Notes: generated from the sequence alone by a model not told the origin. DNA of 64,000 nt from an uncultured Pseudomonadota bacterium (GCA_963749075.1 CAVVLJ010000016.1:1120001-1184000), one strand, 5' to 3'; positions 51,282 through 59,863 are shown, counted from the first letter of the stretch. Made by a program: numbers and translations.

Positions 51282-53425
51282 ATTGCCCAGATGCCGCGCC
51301 GCGCCGCCTTCGCCTGCTGCTCGGCAACGCGGTACTTCGAGGGTGCGCCGGGCCGCACGCGGGCGGCCCCATTGAGCACGGCGGCCTCGGCGAGGTCGAC
51401 TTTGCCCACGTGGCACTCGAAGGAGCGCCCCGGCCGCGCGAAGCAGCTCACGCGATTGCCCATCTGCTCGATGTAGTGCTGCATGGCGGTCGCGAGCTGT
51501 CCGGTCTCGCCGCGAATGCCGTAGAGGTTGACGACCTTTCCGGCCACCACCAGCGCCGCCGAGTTGAGCACGGCGCTGACCTCGCCCTCGATGTCCGGGG
51601 TCGCGCCCGAGACGGCAGGCGGTTGCGCGGTGTTGGGCGGCAGCGAGGCGACTTGCGGCGGATGCGTTTGCTCGCTCGACGGCAGTCCCGTCGCCGCGGG
51701 CGCTTGCGAGCCCGATGCCGCGGGCGATGGCGTGCCTGTGGCGGCGGGCTGGGAGCCGGCGGCCGGAGCGGCCGGTTGCGGCGCCAAGGACGTGTTCGTC
51801 GCGATCACCAACGAGTTGTCCGGCTTCGCAGGCGCCTGGATGGCGGCGGGCGGCTGCGCCGGCGGATTCGTGCTCGCGACGGGCGTCGTGGGCGCGGCTG
51901 GCGTCGCCGTCGGCGCAGCTGCGGATGCCGGCGACGGCGCCGCGGCCGGCGGCGATGCCGAGGCTACGGGAGTTGACGGGGGGGCGGCGGGCGGTGCTGT
52001 CGTGGCCGGCTGCGTCGGCGCCGTTGCCGGCGGCGAGGCCGAAGCCGCGGGGGCAGCTGGCGGCGCGGTTGCACTCGGCGATGATGTGGCGGCCGCAGGC
52101 GCCGGTGCCGCGGGCGGCGAAGCGGGCGGCGCCACGGCGCTTGCCGGCGGCGAGGCCGGGGCGCTCGGCAGCGGGGAGGCGGGCGCCTCCTTGGCGGCCG
52201 GCGCCGGCTCCGCCGCCGCGCTCCGAAGCGGATGAGCCGGCGCCGGCGGCTCTTGCGTTTCCTTGGCCGCGGAGGCGGTGGCCGCCGGCGGCGCCTGCTC
52301 GGCGACGACGGGCTTGGCCGTCGGTCCCGATGCCAGGACCACGTAGCCGAGCCCGGCGAGCAGCACCGCCGCGACGCCGCCGAGGACCATGGCCGGCATT
52401 CGCATGGCCGGCGGCAGCGCGCTCAGGAGGGGGAGGGTCGCTTTCTTCGCCCCTTGTCCCGGGCGGTCGGCGACCGCGCTCTGGGCGGCGGTGGCCTGCG
52501 CGGGCGCCTCGAGCGACAGCGAGCCGCCGGTGCTCATCAGCCGGGTGGCCGGCGGCGGCAAGGCACCCCAGCGCGCCACCACCGTCTCCTTGACGATGTC
52601 GGCGGCCTCGCCCTGGATCGCCGCGGCGCCGAGCGCGCGGCCGAACTCGTCGACGGAGGCGTAGCGCTCCTCGGGTTTCTTGGCCAGCGCCCGCATCATC
52701 ACGCTCTCGACGTTGGGATCGAGGTCGGGCACCTGGCCGGCGAGGGGCGGCGGTCGCTGCTCGACCTGGGCGCGGATGAGCTCGTATTCGCTGGTGGCAT
52801 TGAAGGCGCAATTGCCGGAGAGGAGCTCGTAGAGCACCATCGAGAGGCTGTAGAGGTCGCTGCGCGCGTCGCCCTCGGCACCCTGGAGCTGCTCCGGCGA
52901 CATGTAGGCGAGCGTGCCGATGAGGTCGCCCTGCCGCGTCATGCGCTGCGAGCCCTGGATGCGGGCGATGCCGAAATCCATGATCTTGAGCAGCCCGCTG
53001 TCGGTGACCATGAGATTGGCGGGCTTGATGTCGCGGTGGATGACGCCCATGCGGTGAGCGTAGGAGAGGCCGGCCACCGTCTGCGCCATGATGGCGAGGC
53101 ACTCGCGCACGCCGAGGCGGCCGGCCTTGCCGAGGATCGCCTCGAGCGTGTTGCCGCGCACCAGCTCCATCACCATGAAGAGCTCGTCGCCTTCCTTGTG
53201 CAGCGAAAAGAGCGTGGTGATGTTGGGGTGGTTGAGGCGGGCGAGGTTGGTGGCCTCGCCGCGGAAGCGCTCGAGGAAGCCGCGGTCGCGGCTGAACTCC
53301 GGGCGCAGCGCCTTGATCGCCACGGGCCGGCCGAGCAGCTGATCCACCCCGGCATAGACCTCGCCGATGCCGCCCTTGCCGAGCTGCTCGTGGATCTCGT
53401 AGGGGCCGATGACGCGAAAGCTCAT
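51278..53425 (-). CDS. Hanks-type Ser/Thr kinase with TM, Pro/Ala linker and C-terminal SNase-like domain, 715 aa
   Basis: LGKGGIGEVY, VAIK, HRDIKPAN, DFGIAR, GTLAYMSPEQ, SDLYSL; TM AMVLGGVAAVLLAGLGYVVL; C-terminus LYGI...VSC...C...DLAEAAVLNGAA...Y..AEQQAKAARRGIW. Confidence 0.9.
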   Translation of the reverse strand: MSFRVIGPYEIHEQLGKGGIGEVYAGVDQLLGRPVAIKALRPEFSRDRGFLERFRGEATNLARLNHPNITTLFSLHKEGDELFMVMELVRGNTLEAILGKAGRLGVRECLAIMAQTVAGLSYAHRMGVIHRDIKPANLMVTDSGLLKIMDFGIARIQGSQRMTRQGDLIGTLAYMSPEQLQGAEGDARSDLYSLSMVLYELLSGNCAFNATSEYELIRAQVEQRPPPLAGQVPDLDPNVESVMMRALAKKPEERYASVDEFGRALGAAAIQGEAADIVKETVVARWGALPPPATRLMSTGGSLSLEAPAQATAAQSAVADRPGQGAKKATLPLLSALPPAMRMPAMVLGGVAAVLLAGLGYVVLASGPTAKPVVAEQAPPAATASAAKETQEPPAPAHPLRSAAAEPAPAAKEAPASPLPSAPASPPASAVAPPASPPAAPAPAAATSSPSATAPPAAPAASASPPATAPTQPATTAPPAAPPSTPVASASPPAAAPSPASAAAPTATPAAPTTPVASTNPPAQPPAAIQAPAKPDNSLVIATNTSLAPQPAAPAAGSQPAATGTPSPAASGSQAPAATGLPSSEQTHPPQVASLPPNTAQPPAVSGATPDIEGEVSAVLNSAALVVAGKVVNLYGIRGETGQLATAMQHYIEQMGNRVSCFARPGRSFECHVGKVDLAEAAVLNGAARVRPGAPSKYRVAEQQAKAARRGIWAM

Positions 53426-54330
53426 GAGGGACCTCCGGCCGGAGGTGCAGCGCTCAGGGAGCGCGTGATGCCGGCCGGCGACGCCGGCGGCGGCAAGTCG
53501 CTCAAGGCGAAGACGCCGACCGAGACGTTGTCGTGGCCGCCGGCCGCGAGTGCCGCGGCGATCAGCGCTTCGCAGGCGCCTGCGGGCGGCAGGTGCGCTA
53601 TGGTCTCGCCGATCGCGGCGCTCTCCACCAAGTCGCTGAGGCCGTCCGAGCATAGCACGAAGATGTCGCCCGGAGAGAGCGGCATGCCGTCGCGCCAGAT
53701 CGCCGGATCGGCATGCGGCGCCGTGCCGAGCGCCTTGAGGATGACGTTGCGGTCGGCGCGGCTGCGGGCCTCCTCGGCGCTGATGGCTCCCATGCGCACG
53801 AGCTCGCCGACGAGGGAATCGTCGTGGCTGATCTGGCGGAGCTCGCTGCCGCGCAGCAGATAGGCGCGGCTGTCCCCGATGTGTCCGAGGAATGCCCGAT
53901 CGCCGAGCAGGGCGAGCGCCGTGCAGGTCGTCCCCATGCCGGCGCACACCGGATCGCTGCGGCTCTTCTCGAAGATCGCGCGGTTCGCGGCGGTGAAGCC
54001 CGCTGCGAGCGCCTTCTGCGGACTGCCGGCGTCGGCGAAATAGACGCGCATCAGCGTCTCGGCGGCAAGCAGGCTCGCCACCTCGCCCGCGGCGTGTCCG
54101 CCCATGCCGTCGGCGACCACCGCGAGGAGCCCGCGGCCGGTGGCGATGTCGCCCTCGCGCGGGATGACGTAGGCCACGCTGTCCTCGTTGTTGCTGCGCA
54201 CGCGGCCGGGATCGCTGCGCATGGCACCGCTGACGAAGAGCCCAGTGCCCGCAGGCCTTTCCGCCGTCACCATCGCCATGGGTCGTGCGCTCGCTCCGCC
54301 ATCCGCCGCAGCCTCGCTCGCCCGGCTCAC
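53422..54330 (-). CDS. PP2C/Stp1-family Ser/Thr phosphatase
   Basis: SDPGRVR.NNED, VADGMGGH.AGEVAS, GMGTT, HIGDSRAY, LCSDGL, GGHDN. Confidence 0.93.
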   Translation of the reverse strand: MSRASEAAADGGASARPMAMVTAERPAGTGLFVSGAMRSDPGRVRSNNEDSVAYVIPREGDIATGRGLLAVVADGMGGHAAGEVASLLAAETLMRVYFADAGSPQKALAAGFTAANRAIFEKSRSDPVCAGMGTTCTALALLGDRAFLGHIGDSRAYLLRGSELRQISHDDSLVGELVRMGAISAEEARSRADRNVILKALGTAPHADPAIWRDGMPLSPGDIFVLCSDGLSDLVESAAIGETIAHLPPAGACEALIAAALAAGGHDNVSVGVFALSDLPPPASPAGITRSLSAAPPAGGPS

Positions 54331-56072
54331 TGCACCTTTTGCAATTGCATGATGTCGCGGCCGTACTTGATCGGCACGGCGAAGGTCACGCGCTCGCTGC
54401 CGCGCGTGCGCGAATAGGTGAAGAGTCCGATGACCTTGCCGGCCGAATCGAAGACGGGTCCGCCGCTGTTGCCGGCGCCGGTTGCCAGCACGGTGAGCTG
54501 GTACACGTCGCCCGTCTGGCTGAGCGTCGTGACGTTGCCTTGCCGCTGCACCCCGGAGCCGAATTTGGCGATGATGCCGTCCGTCACGGTGGGCTCGGGC
54601 AGGAGCTCCTGGCGCTCCTGCGTCTGGGTGTTCTCCCGCGATTGGACCACCGCGAACTTCTTCTCGGAGATGCCTGGATAGCCGAGCACGGTGATCGGCT
54701 CGCCCAGCGTCACCTTGTCGTTGGGGTCGATCAGCTCCGTCGATGTCAGTTTCTGCGGCACGTCGATGCGGATCAAGGCCACGTCCGCGTCGGTCGAGGC
54801 GCGGATGAGCCGTGCCGCAAAGCTCAGGCGGTTGTCGGGGAAGCGGACCTCGAGCGTGTCGTTGCGGCCCTCGAAGATTTCGTCTCCCGTGAGGATCGGT
54901 CGCGGCTCGGCGCCGTCGAACATCGTGCCGCCCTCATCCGGGATCCAGTCGACGAGGCTCGCAATGGCGCTCGGGTCGATGGCCCCTCTGCCGGAGAGCG
55001 TCAGCTTGCCCTGGGGATCGCGCGTCAGCAGGTAGAGCATGCCGGCCTTGCCTTCCTCGTAGGGCGCGTCATAGCTCACCATCCAGCCCGCGGCGACATG
55101 CTTGTTGGTCAGGATGAAGCCGTCGGGGCCGACCACGAAGCCGCTGCCCGAGCCCTCGCCGCCGATGAGGTAGTTGGCATGGTTGTTGTCGTCGGTGGTG
55201 AGCCAGCGCACGACTTTGCCATTGGGCAATTTCACATAGCCGAGGTAGCCCTTGCCGCCTTCCGTCACGACCTTGTGGTAGACCGGCTTCCCGGTATCCT
55301 TGTCGAAGAGCCGCCAGCCCAGGCGGACATAGACCGTGGCGTCGCCGTACTTGGCGGCAATCTCCTTGGGGCTCATGCCCAGGCGCTTGTTGAGCTCCGC
55401 CGCTTGCCCCTTGGCCTCCTCGGCCTGCTGGCGCTTGAGCTCCGCCTCCGACTGGACGCTGTGATAGTAGAGGGCGCCGCCGACGATGCCGACGAGGACG
55501 AGGATGCCGGCAAGGGTGTAAATCCATATGCGGCTGGTCGCCTGGCGCTCGGCCGAGAGCATGCGCTGCACGGTCTCGCGTCCCACGGCCTGGCGCGGCG
55601 GCGAGGCGGGCGGCTGGGCGGCGGCCGGCTCGCCCGCCGAGATCACCCGCGTGGCCTCGGGTGCCGCCGAGACGACGCGCGTCGCCTCCGCGGCGCCCGT
55701 GCGGATGACGCGCGTGCGCGCCATCAGATGGGAGGGCCGCGGCTCCACGTCGAACGTCATCTTGGGACCGCCGGCGCCGAGCTCGATGGTATCGCCGGGC
55801 AACAGCTCGCTTTCGCCGCTGATCTTGCTGCCGTTGACCAGCGTGCCGTTGCTGCTCTGCAAATCGGCGATCTTGAAGCTGAGCTCCGGCGTCTTGACGA
55901 TGCGGATGGCGGCATGGCGGCGGCTCACCAGATCGTCCCGCTGCGAGTCGAAGGTGACCGCCACGTTGGGATCTCGGCCTAACGTGAGCTCCTCGAAGCT
56001 GTCGAGCGGGAACTGCTCGATCTGGTTGGCCTTGGAACCGCTGAGATGATGGATGACGATGCGACCGGGCAT
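54327..56072 (-). CDS. FHA domain-TM-trypsin-like serine protease fusion, 581 aa
   Basis: FHA: LGRD, VSRRHA, DL.SSNGTLVNG; TM IWIYTLAGILVLVGIVGGALYY; protease GSGFVV, LTNKHV, DVALI, GNSGGP. Confidence 0.9.
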   Translation of the reverse strand: MPGRIVIHHLSGSKANQIEQFPLDSFEELTLGRDPNVAVTFDSQRDDLVSRRHAAIRIVKTPELSFKIADLQSSNGTLVNGSKISGESELLPGDTIELGAGGPKMTFDVEPRPSHLMARTRVIRTGAAEATRVVSAAPEATRVISAGEPAAAQPPASPPRQAVGRETVQRMLSAERQATSRIWIYTLAGILVLVGIVGGALYYHSVQSEAELKRQQAEEAKGQAAELNKRLGMSPKEIAAKYGDATVYVRLGWRLFDKDTGKPVYHKVVTEGGKGYLGYVKLPNGKVVRWLTTDDNNHANYLIGGEGSGSGFVVGPDGFILTNKHVAAGWMVSYDAPYEEGKAGMLYLLTRDPQGKLTLSGRGAIDPSAIASLVDWIPDEGGTMFDGAEPRPILTGDEIFEGRNDTLEVRFPDNRLSFAARLIRASTDADVALIRIDVPQKLTSTELIDPNDKVTLGEPITVLGYPGISEKKFAVVQSRENTQTQERQELLPEPTVTDGIIAKFGSGVQRQGNVTTLSQTGDVYQLTVLATGAGNSGGPVFDSAGKVIGLFTYSRTRGSERVTFAVPIKYGRDIMQLQKVQ

Positions 56073-56218
56073 TAAGCCCCCCTCCCGCGATTAGACGCCG
56101 ACGCGCAAAGAACGTGCGGCGTAATATGCCATAGAATGAGGCGCGTGTGCACCGCTTGCTGGCAGGTCCACGGCCCGGGCGCGGCCCGTGCGATTACTAG
56201 CCGCCCCGGGTGCCGGCG

Positions 56219-56240
56219 CCCTGTGACGCCCGTCACAGGG
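56219..56240. promoter_or_regulatory. perfect palindrome containing a CRP-type box TGTGA-N6-TCACA
   Basis: CCCTGTGACG-CC-CGTCACAGGG; TGTGA at 56222, TCACA at 56233; between the divergent FHA operon and terC. Confidence 0.45.
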
Positions 56241-56327
56241 GGCGGCCGATGGCCTGGGCAGCCGGCTTGACTTGAGCGGGCGATCGCGGGGCTAATCGCC
56301 GGCGACGAACGCGGGGTTGGGTGCCGC

Positions 56328-56939
56328 ATGGAGATTTCCCTCGATCACGCCGCCATCCTCGAGCTCGCTGCCGTCGTCGTGATCGACGTCGTCCTCTCGG
56401 GCGACAACGCCGTGATCCTCGGCCTGGCAACCATGGGCTTGCCCGAAGCCAGGCGCGGACGCGCGCTTACGGCCGGCGTGGCGCTCGCAGCACTCCTCCG
56501 CGTGGCATTGGCGCTCGTCGCCGTGCCGCTTCTCGCCGTCATCGGCCTCACGCTCGCCGGCGGCATCCTTCTGCTTGGCGTGGCCTGGAAGATCTGGCGC
56601 GAGGTGCGCGAGGCATCCCGCCGGGCGGGCGGCGGGCAGCACCAGGCGGCGCGCGGTGCCGCCAAGAGCGACACCGCCGCTATCCTGCAGATAGCACTCG
56701 CCGACCTCGCCATGTCGCTCGACAACGTGCTCGCCGTGGCCGGGGCCGCGCACCGCCACCCCTGGGTCATGGTCAGCGGCCTGGCACTCTCGGTGGCGCT
56801 CATGGCCTTCGCGGCACGGCTCGTCGCGCGCTTCCTCGAGCGCTATCCCTGGCTCGTCTATCTCGGCCTCGCCGTCATCACGGCGGTGGCCCTCAAGATG
56901 ATCTGGGAGGGCAGTGCCGACGTGCTGCGCGCGATTTAG
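56328..56939 (+). CDS. TerC/YjbE-family membrane protein
   Basis: IDVVLSGDNAVIL, LRV, GGILLL.VAWK, I.LADLAMSLDNVLAVAGAA, GLALSV.LM. Confidence 0.92.
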   Translation: MEISLDHAAILELAAVVVIDVVLSGDNAVILGLATMGLPEARRGRALTAGVALAALLRVALALVAVPLLAVIGLTLAGGILLLGVAWKIWREVREASRRAGGGQHQAARGAAKSDTAAILQIALADLAMSLDNVLAVAGAAHRHPWVMVSGLALSVALMAFAARLVARFLERYPWLVYLGLAVITAVALKMIWEGSADVLRAI

Positions 56940-56972
56940 CGGCGGCCCCGGTTGTGTGCTAGCCTGCCAGGC

Positions 56973-57812
56973 ATGCTCATGCGACACGACGCGGCCGAGG
57001 TCGCCGCCATCATGCGCGAGGTGGCGGCCGAGGAGATACTCCCGCGCTTCGGCAAGCTCGCCAAGGCCGATATCCTGCCCAAGGGCGGACGCGGCGATTT
57101 CGCGACGACGGCCGATCTCGAGGCCGAGCGCGCGCTGGCGCGGCGGCTCGCAGCACTCCTGCCGGGCTCGCTCGTGGTGGGCGAGGAGGCCGCGGCGAAA
57201 GACCCAGCACTTCTGCAGGCGATCGCCGGCGAGGCCCCGGTGTGGATCGTCGATCCGCTCGACGGCACGCACAATTTCGCGCAAGGGATCGCGCATTTCA
57301 CCGTGATCGTGGCGCTGGCGCGCGCGGGCGCGACGGTCGCCGGATGGATTCACGATCCGCTCGCGGACCGCACGGCCGCGGCGGAGGAGGGGGCCGGCGC
57401 CTGGGAAGCGGGGCGCCGCCTCGCGGTCGCTCCTCCGGCACCGCTCGCCGAGATGCGCGGCGCCATTTACGGCAAGGCGGGGCGGCCCGGCATCTCCCCG
57501 CGGCTCGACGAGGTGCGGCAGCGCTTCGCGGGCACGACGAACAGCCGCTGCGCCGGGCACGAGCACTTGGCGCTCGCCCGCGCGGAAAGCCATTTCGCGC
57601 TCTTCAGCCGGCTTCTCCCATGGGATCACGCGGCGGGCGCCCTCATCCATGCCGAGGCGGGCGGCTACAACGCCTGCTGGGACGGCACGCCCTACCGGCC
57701 GACGCGCCACACGGGCGGCTTGCTCCTTGCCCCGGATGCCGCGAGCTGGACGGCACTTGCCGAGCTTCTCCTGGTGCGCGAGCCGGCGGCCGCGGCGCCG
57801 GGGGCTCAATAG
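56973..57812 (+). CDS. inositol monophosphatase family protein
   Basis: TTAD..AE, GEE, WIVDPLDGT.NF, PWDHAAGALI..EAGG. Confidence 0.92.
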   Translation: MLMRHDAAEVAAIMREVAAEEILPRFGKLAKADILPKGGRGDFATTADLEAERALARRLAALLPGSLVVGEEAAAKDPALLQAIAGEAPVWIVDPLDGTHNFAQGIAHFTVIVALARAGATVAGWIHDPLADRTAAAEEGAGAWEAGRRLAVAPPAPLAEMRGAIYGKAGRPGISPRLDEVRQRFAGTTNSRCAGHEHLALARAESHFALFSRLLPWDHAAGALIHAEAGGYNACWDGTPYRPTRHTGGLLLAPDAASWTALAELLLVREPAAAAPGAQ

Positions 57813-57881
57813 CCCATCTCGCTCAGCAACGCCTCCGGGCTCTGAAGGGGCACACAGATCGAGAGGGCTTGCAGTGCCGTC

Positions 57882-57997
57882 GTGGGTCCTTCGAGACGGG
57901 CCTTCGGCCCTCCTCAGGATGAGGTGAATTCGCGTGTGGCAGAAAGACTTCACCTCGTCCTGAGGAGCGAGCGCAGCGAGCGTCTCGAAGGACCCAC
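57882..57997. repeat. palindromic intergenic repeat, copy 3
   Basis: 17-bp terminal inverted repeats GTGGGTCCTTCGAGACG/CGTCTCGAAGGACCCAC; shares loop GCGTGTGGCAGAAAGAC with copy 1. Confidence 0.87.
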
Positions 57998-58068
57998 CGC
58001 GGCCGGTCCGGGACAGCTGCGCGCAGGGCGACATTACGATCGGCAAGTATATTCATAAGATCAACCGC

Positions 58069-58935
58069 TTATTGACCTGTCTTGCTGCGCTCCTCGAGCT
58101 TCGCCAGGTCCCACAGCGCGTCCATCTCGGCGAGCGAGGCGTCGGCGGTCGCCTTGCCGCGCTCGGCCAAGAGGGATTCCACCCGGCGGAAGCGGCGCTC
58201 GAACTTGGCGTTGGCCCGGCGCAGCGCCGCCTCGGGGTCGAGGGCGAGCCGGCGCGCCAGATTGACGAGGCTGAAGAGCACGTCGCCGAGCTCGTCCTCG
58301 AGCCGCGCGGGCGGGGCCGCGGCGGCAAGCTCGGCGTTGAGCTCGCGCATCTCTTCCGCGACCTTGTCGAGGATGGGTGCGAGCTCGCCCCAATCGAAGC
58401 CGACGCGCGCCGCGCGGCGCTGCAGCTTGAGCGCGCGCGTAAGCGCGGGGAGGGCGAGGGCGACGCCGTCGAGGGCGCTCGCCGCCCGCTCGCCGGCCGC
58501 TCTCGCCTTGGCCGCCCGCTCGGCCGCCTTGTGGCCCTCCCAGGCCAGGCGCTGGCTCTCGCCGTCCTTGATGTCCTCCTCGCCGAAGACGTGAGGATGT
58601 CGCCGTATCATCTTGTCGGCGATGGCTCCGGCAATGGCGTCGAAATCGAAGGTGCCGGCCTCCTCGGCAATGCGTGCGTGGAAGACGACCTGGAGGAGGA
58701 GGTCGCCGAGCTCGTCGCGCAAGCCCTCGAGGTCCTGGCGCTCGATGGCGTCCGCGACCTCGTAGGCCTCCTCGATCGTGTAGGGGGCGATGGTCGCGAA
58801 GCTCTGCGCCGCGTCCCACGGACAGCCGCGCTCCGGATGGCGGAGACGCGCCATGATCTCGATGAGGCGGTCGATGTTGCGCCGGTCGATGTTGCGCCGG
58901 TCGATGTTGCGCCGGTCGATGTTGCTCTGGGACAT
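58069..58935 (-). CDS. mazG: nucleoside triphosphate pyrophosphohydrolase MazG
   Basis: LR.PE.GCPWD..Q, IEEAYEV, DELGDLLLQVVFH, RRHPHVF, GFDW, DELGD.LF, N.KF.RRF; start set at MSQS. Confidence 0.95.
   Translation of the reverse strand: MSQSNIDRRNIDRRNIDRRNIDRLIEIMARLRHPERGCPWDAAQSFATIAPYTIEEAYEVADAIERQDLEGLRDELGDLLLQVVFHARIAEEAGTFDFDAIAGAIADKMIRRHPHVFGEEDIKDGESQRLAWEGHKAAERAAKARAAGERAASALDGVALALPALTRALKLQRRAARVGFDWGELAPILDKVAEEMRELNAELAAAAPPARLEDELGDVLFSLVNLARRLALDPEAALRRANAKFERRFRRVESLLAERGKATADASLAEMDALWDLAKLEERSKTGQ
58868..58925. repeat. 15-bp coding tandem repeat, nearly 4 copies (NIDRR) at the MazG N-terminus
   Basis: CGGTCGATGTTGCGC x3 followed by CGGTCGATGTTGC. Confidence 0.92.
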
Positions 58936-59032
58936 GGTCAAGGGCTGCTGCCGGAGGGGGAGGGGCATGGTTGCGCCGCGCGACACTCATAGCGCAGGAT
59001 CGGCCGCCGGGAAAGCAAGGAGGGTGGCCAAG

Positions 59033-59836
59033 ATGAGCGAGCCCGTCGTCCTTTGCGCGCGCGACGCGCGCGGTGTCGCTACCGTGACGCTCAACCGTCC
59101 GGCCGTGAACAACGCCTATGACCGCGCCATGATCGCAAGCCTCGCGGAGGCGCTCGCCGGCCTCGCCGCCGATCCCGCGGTGAGGCTCGTGGTGCTGCGC
59201 GGCGCCGGCCGTCACTTCCAGGCGGGCGCCGACCTCGGCTTCCTCCAGGAGGCGGCCGCCATGCCGCCCGAGGAGAACCTCGAGGTGTCGCGTCTCACGG
59301 TCGCCGCCGTGGGCGCCCTCTACCGCCATGCCAAGCCGACCCTGGCGCTCGTCCACGGCGGCTGCTTCGGGGGCGGCGCCGGCATGGTGGCCGCCTGCGA
59401 CATGGCGATCGCCACCGAGGATGCCACCTTCTCGATCACCGAGGTGCGCTGGGGTGTGACGCCGGCGCCGATCCTGCCGATGCTGGTGGCGAAGATCGGG
59501 CTCGGCGGTGTGGCGCGCTACGCGCTCACGGCGGAGCGCTTCTCCGCCGCGGAGGCGCTGCGGCTCGGCCTCGTGCAGCAGCTTTGCCCGCCGGGCAGCC
59601 TCGACGTGGCGGCGGCACCGCTCATCGACAGTCTTCTCATGGCGGCACCCGGGGCGGTCGCCGTCACCAAGCGCATCGCCCACGAGATCGCGGCAGGGGC
59701 GCTCGCGGGCGCGGACGCTGCCGAGAGGCTCGCGGCAGAGGCCGCGGCGCGGCGCCGCTCGCCCGAGGCCGCCGAGGGCCTCGCCAGCTTCTTCGCCAAG
59801 CGCAAGCCGAGCTGGTATCCGGGCGGCAAGCCTTAG
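59033..59836 (+). CDS. enoyl-CoA hydratase/isomerase (methylglutaconyl-CoA hydratase-like)
   Basis: VATVTLNRP.V.NA, G.HFQAGADL, VHG.CFGGG.G, FSITEVRWG, EA.EGL.SF..KRKP.W. Confidence 0.9.
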   Translation: MSEPVVLCARDARGVATVTLNRPAVNNAYDRAMIASLAEALAGLAADPAVRLVVLRGAGRHFQAGADLGFLQEAAAMPPEENLEVSRLTVAAVGALYRHAKPTLALVHGGCFGGGAGMVAACDMAIATEDATFSITEVRWGVTPAPILPMLVAKIGLGGVARYALTAERFSAAEALRLGLVQQLCPPGSLDVAAAPLIDSLLMAAPGAVAVTKRIAHEIAAGALAGADAAERLAAEAAARRRSPEAAEGLASFFAKRKPSWYPGGKP

Positions 59837-59863
59837 CCCCTGCGCGGCGCGCGGCGGAGGCGT

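Noticed and set aside
50541-53102. 853-aa ORF suggesting one giant protease
   Set aside because: Only the last 246 codons are protease-like; the rest is an alternative frame of the kinase gene, and a GTG overlapping the kinase stop gives a signal peptide.
56328-56939. terC as part of the kinase/PP2C operon (Ter-type stress locus)
   Set aside because: It is divergently transcribed, of the common stand-alone YjbE type, and no terD/terY/vWA genes are present; linkage is unsupported.
47207-58925. Short repeats considered as a CRISPR array (47207-47300, 58868-58925)
   Set aside because: Tandem or inverted units without unique spacers, and no cas genes.
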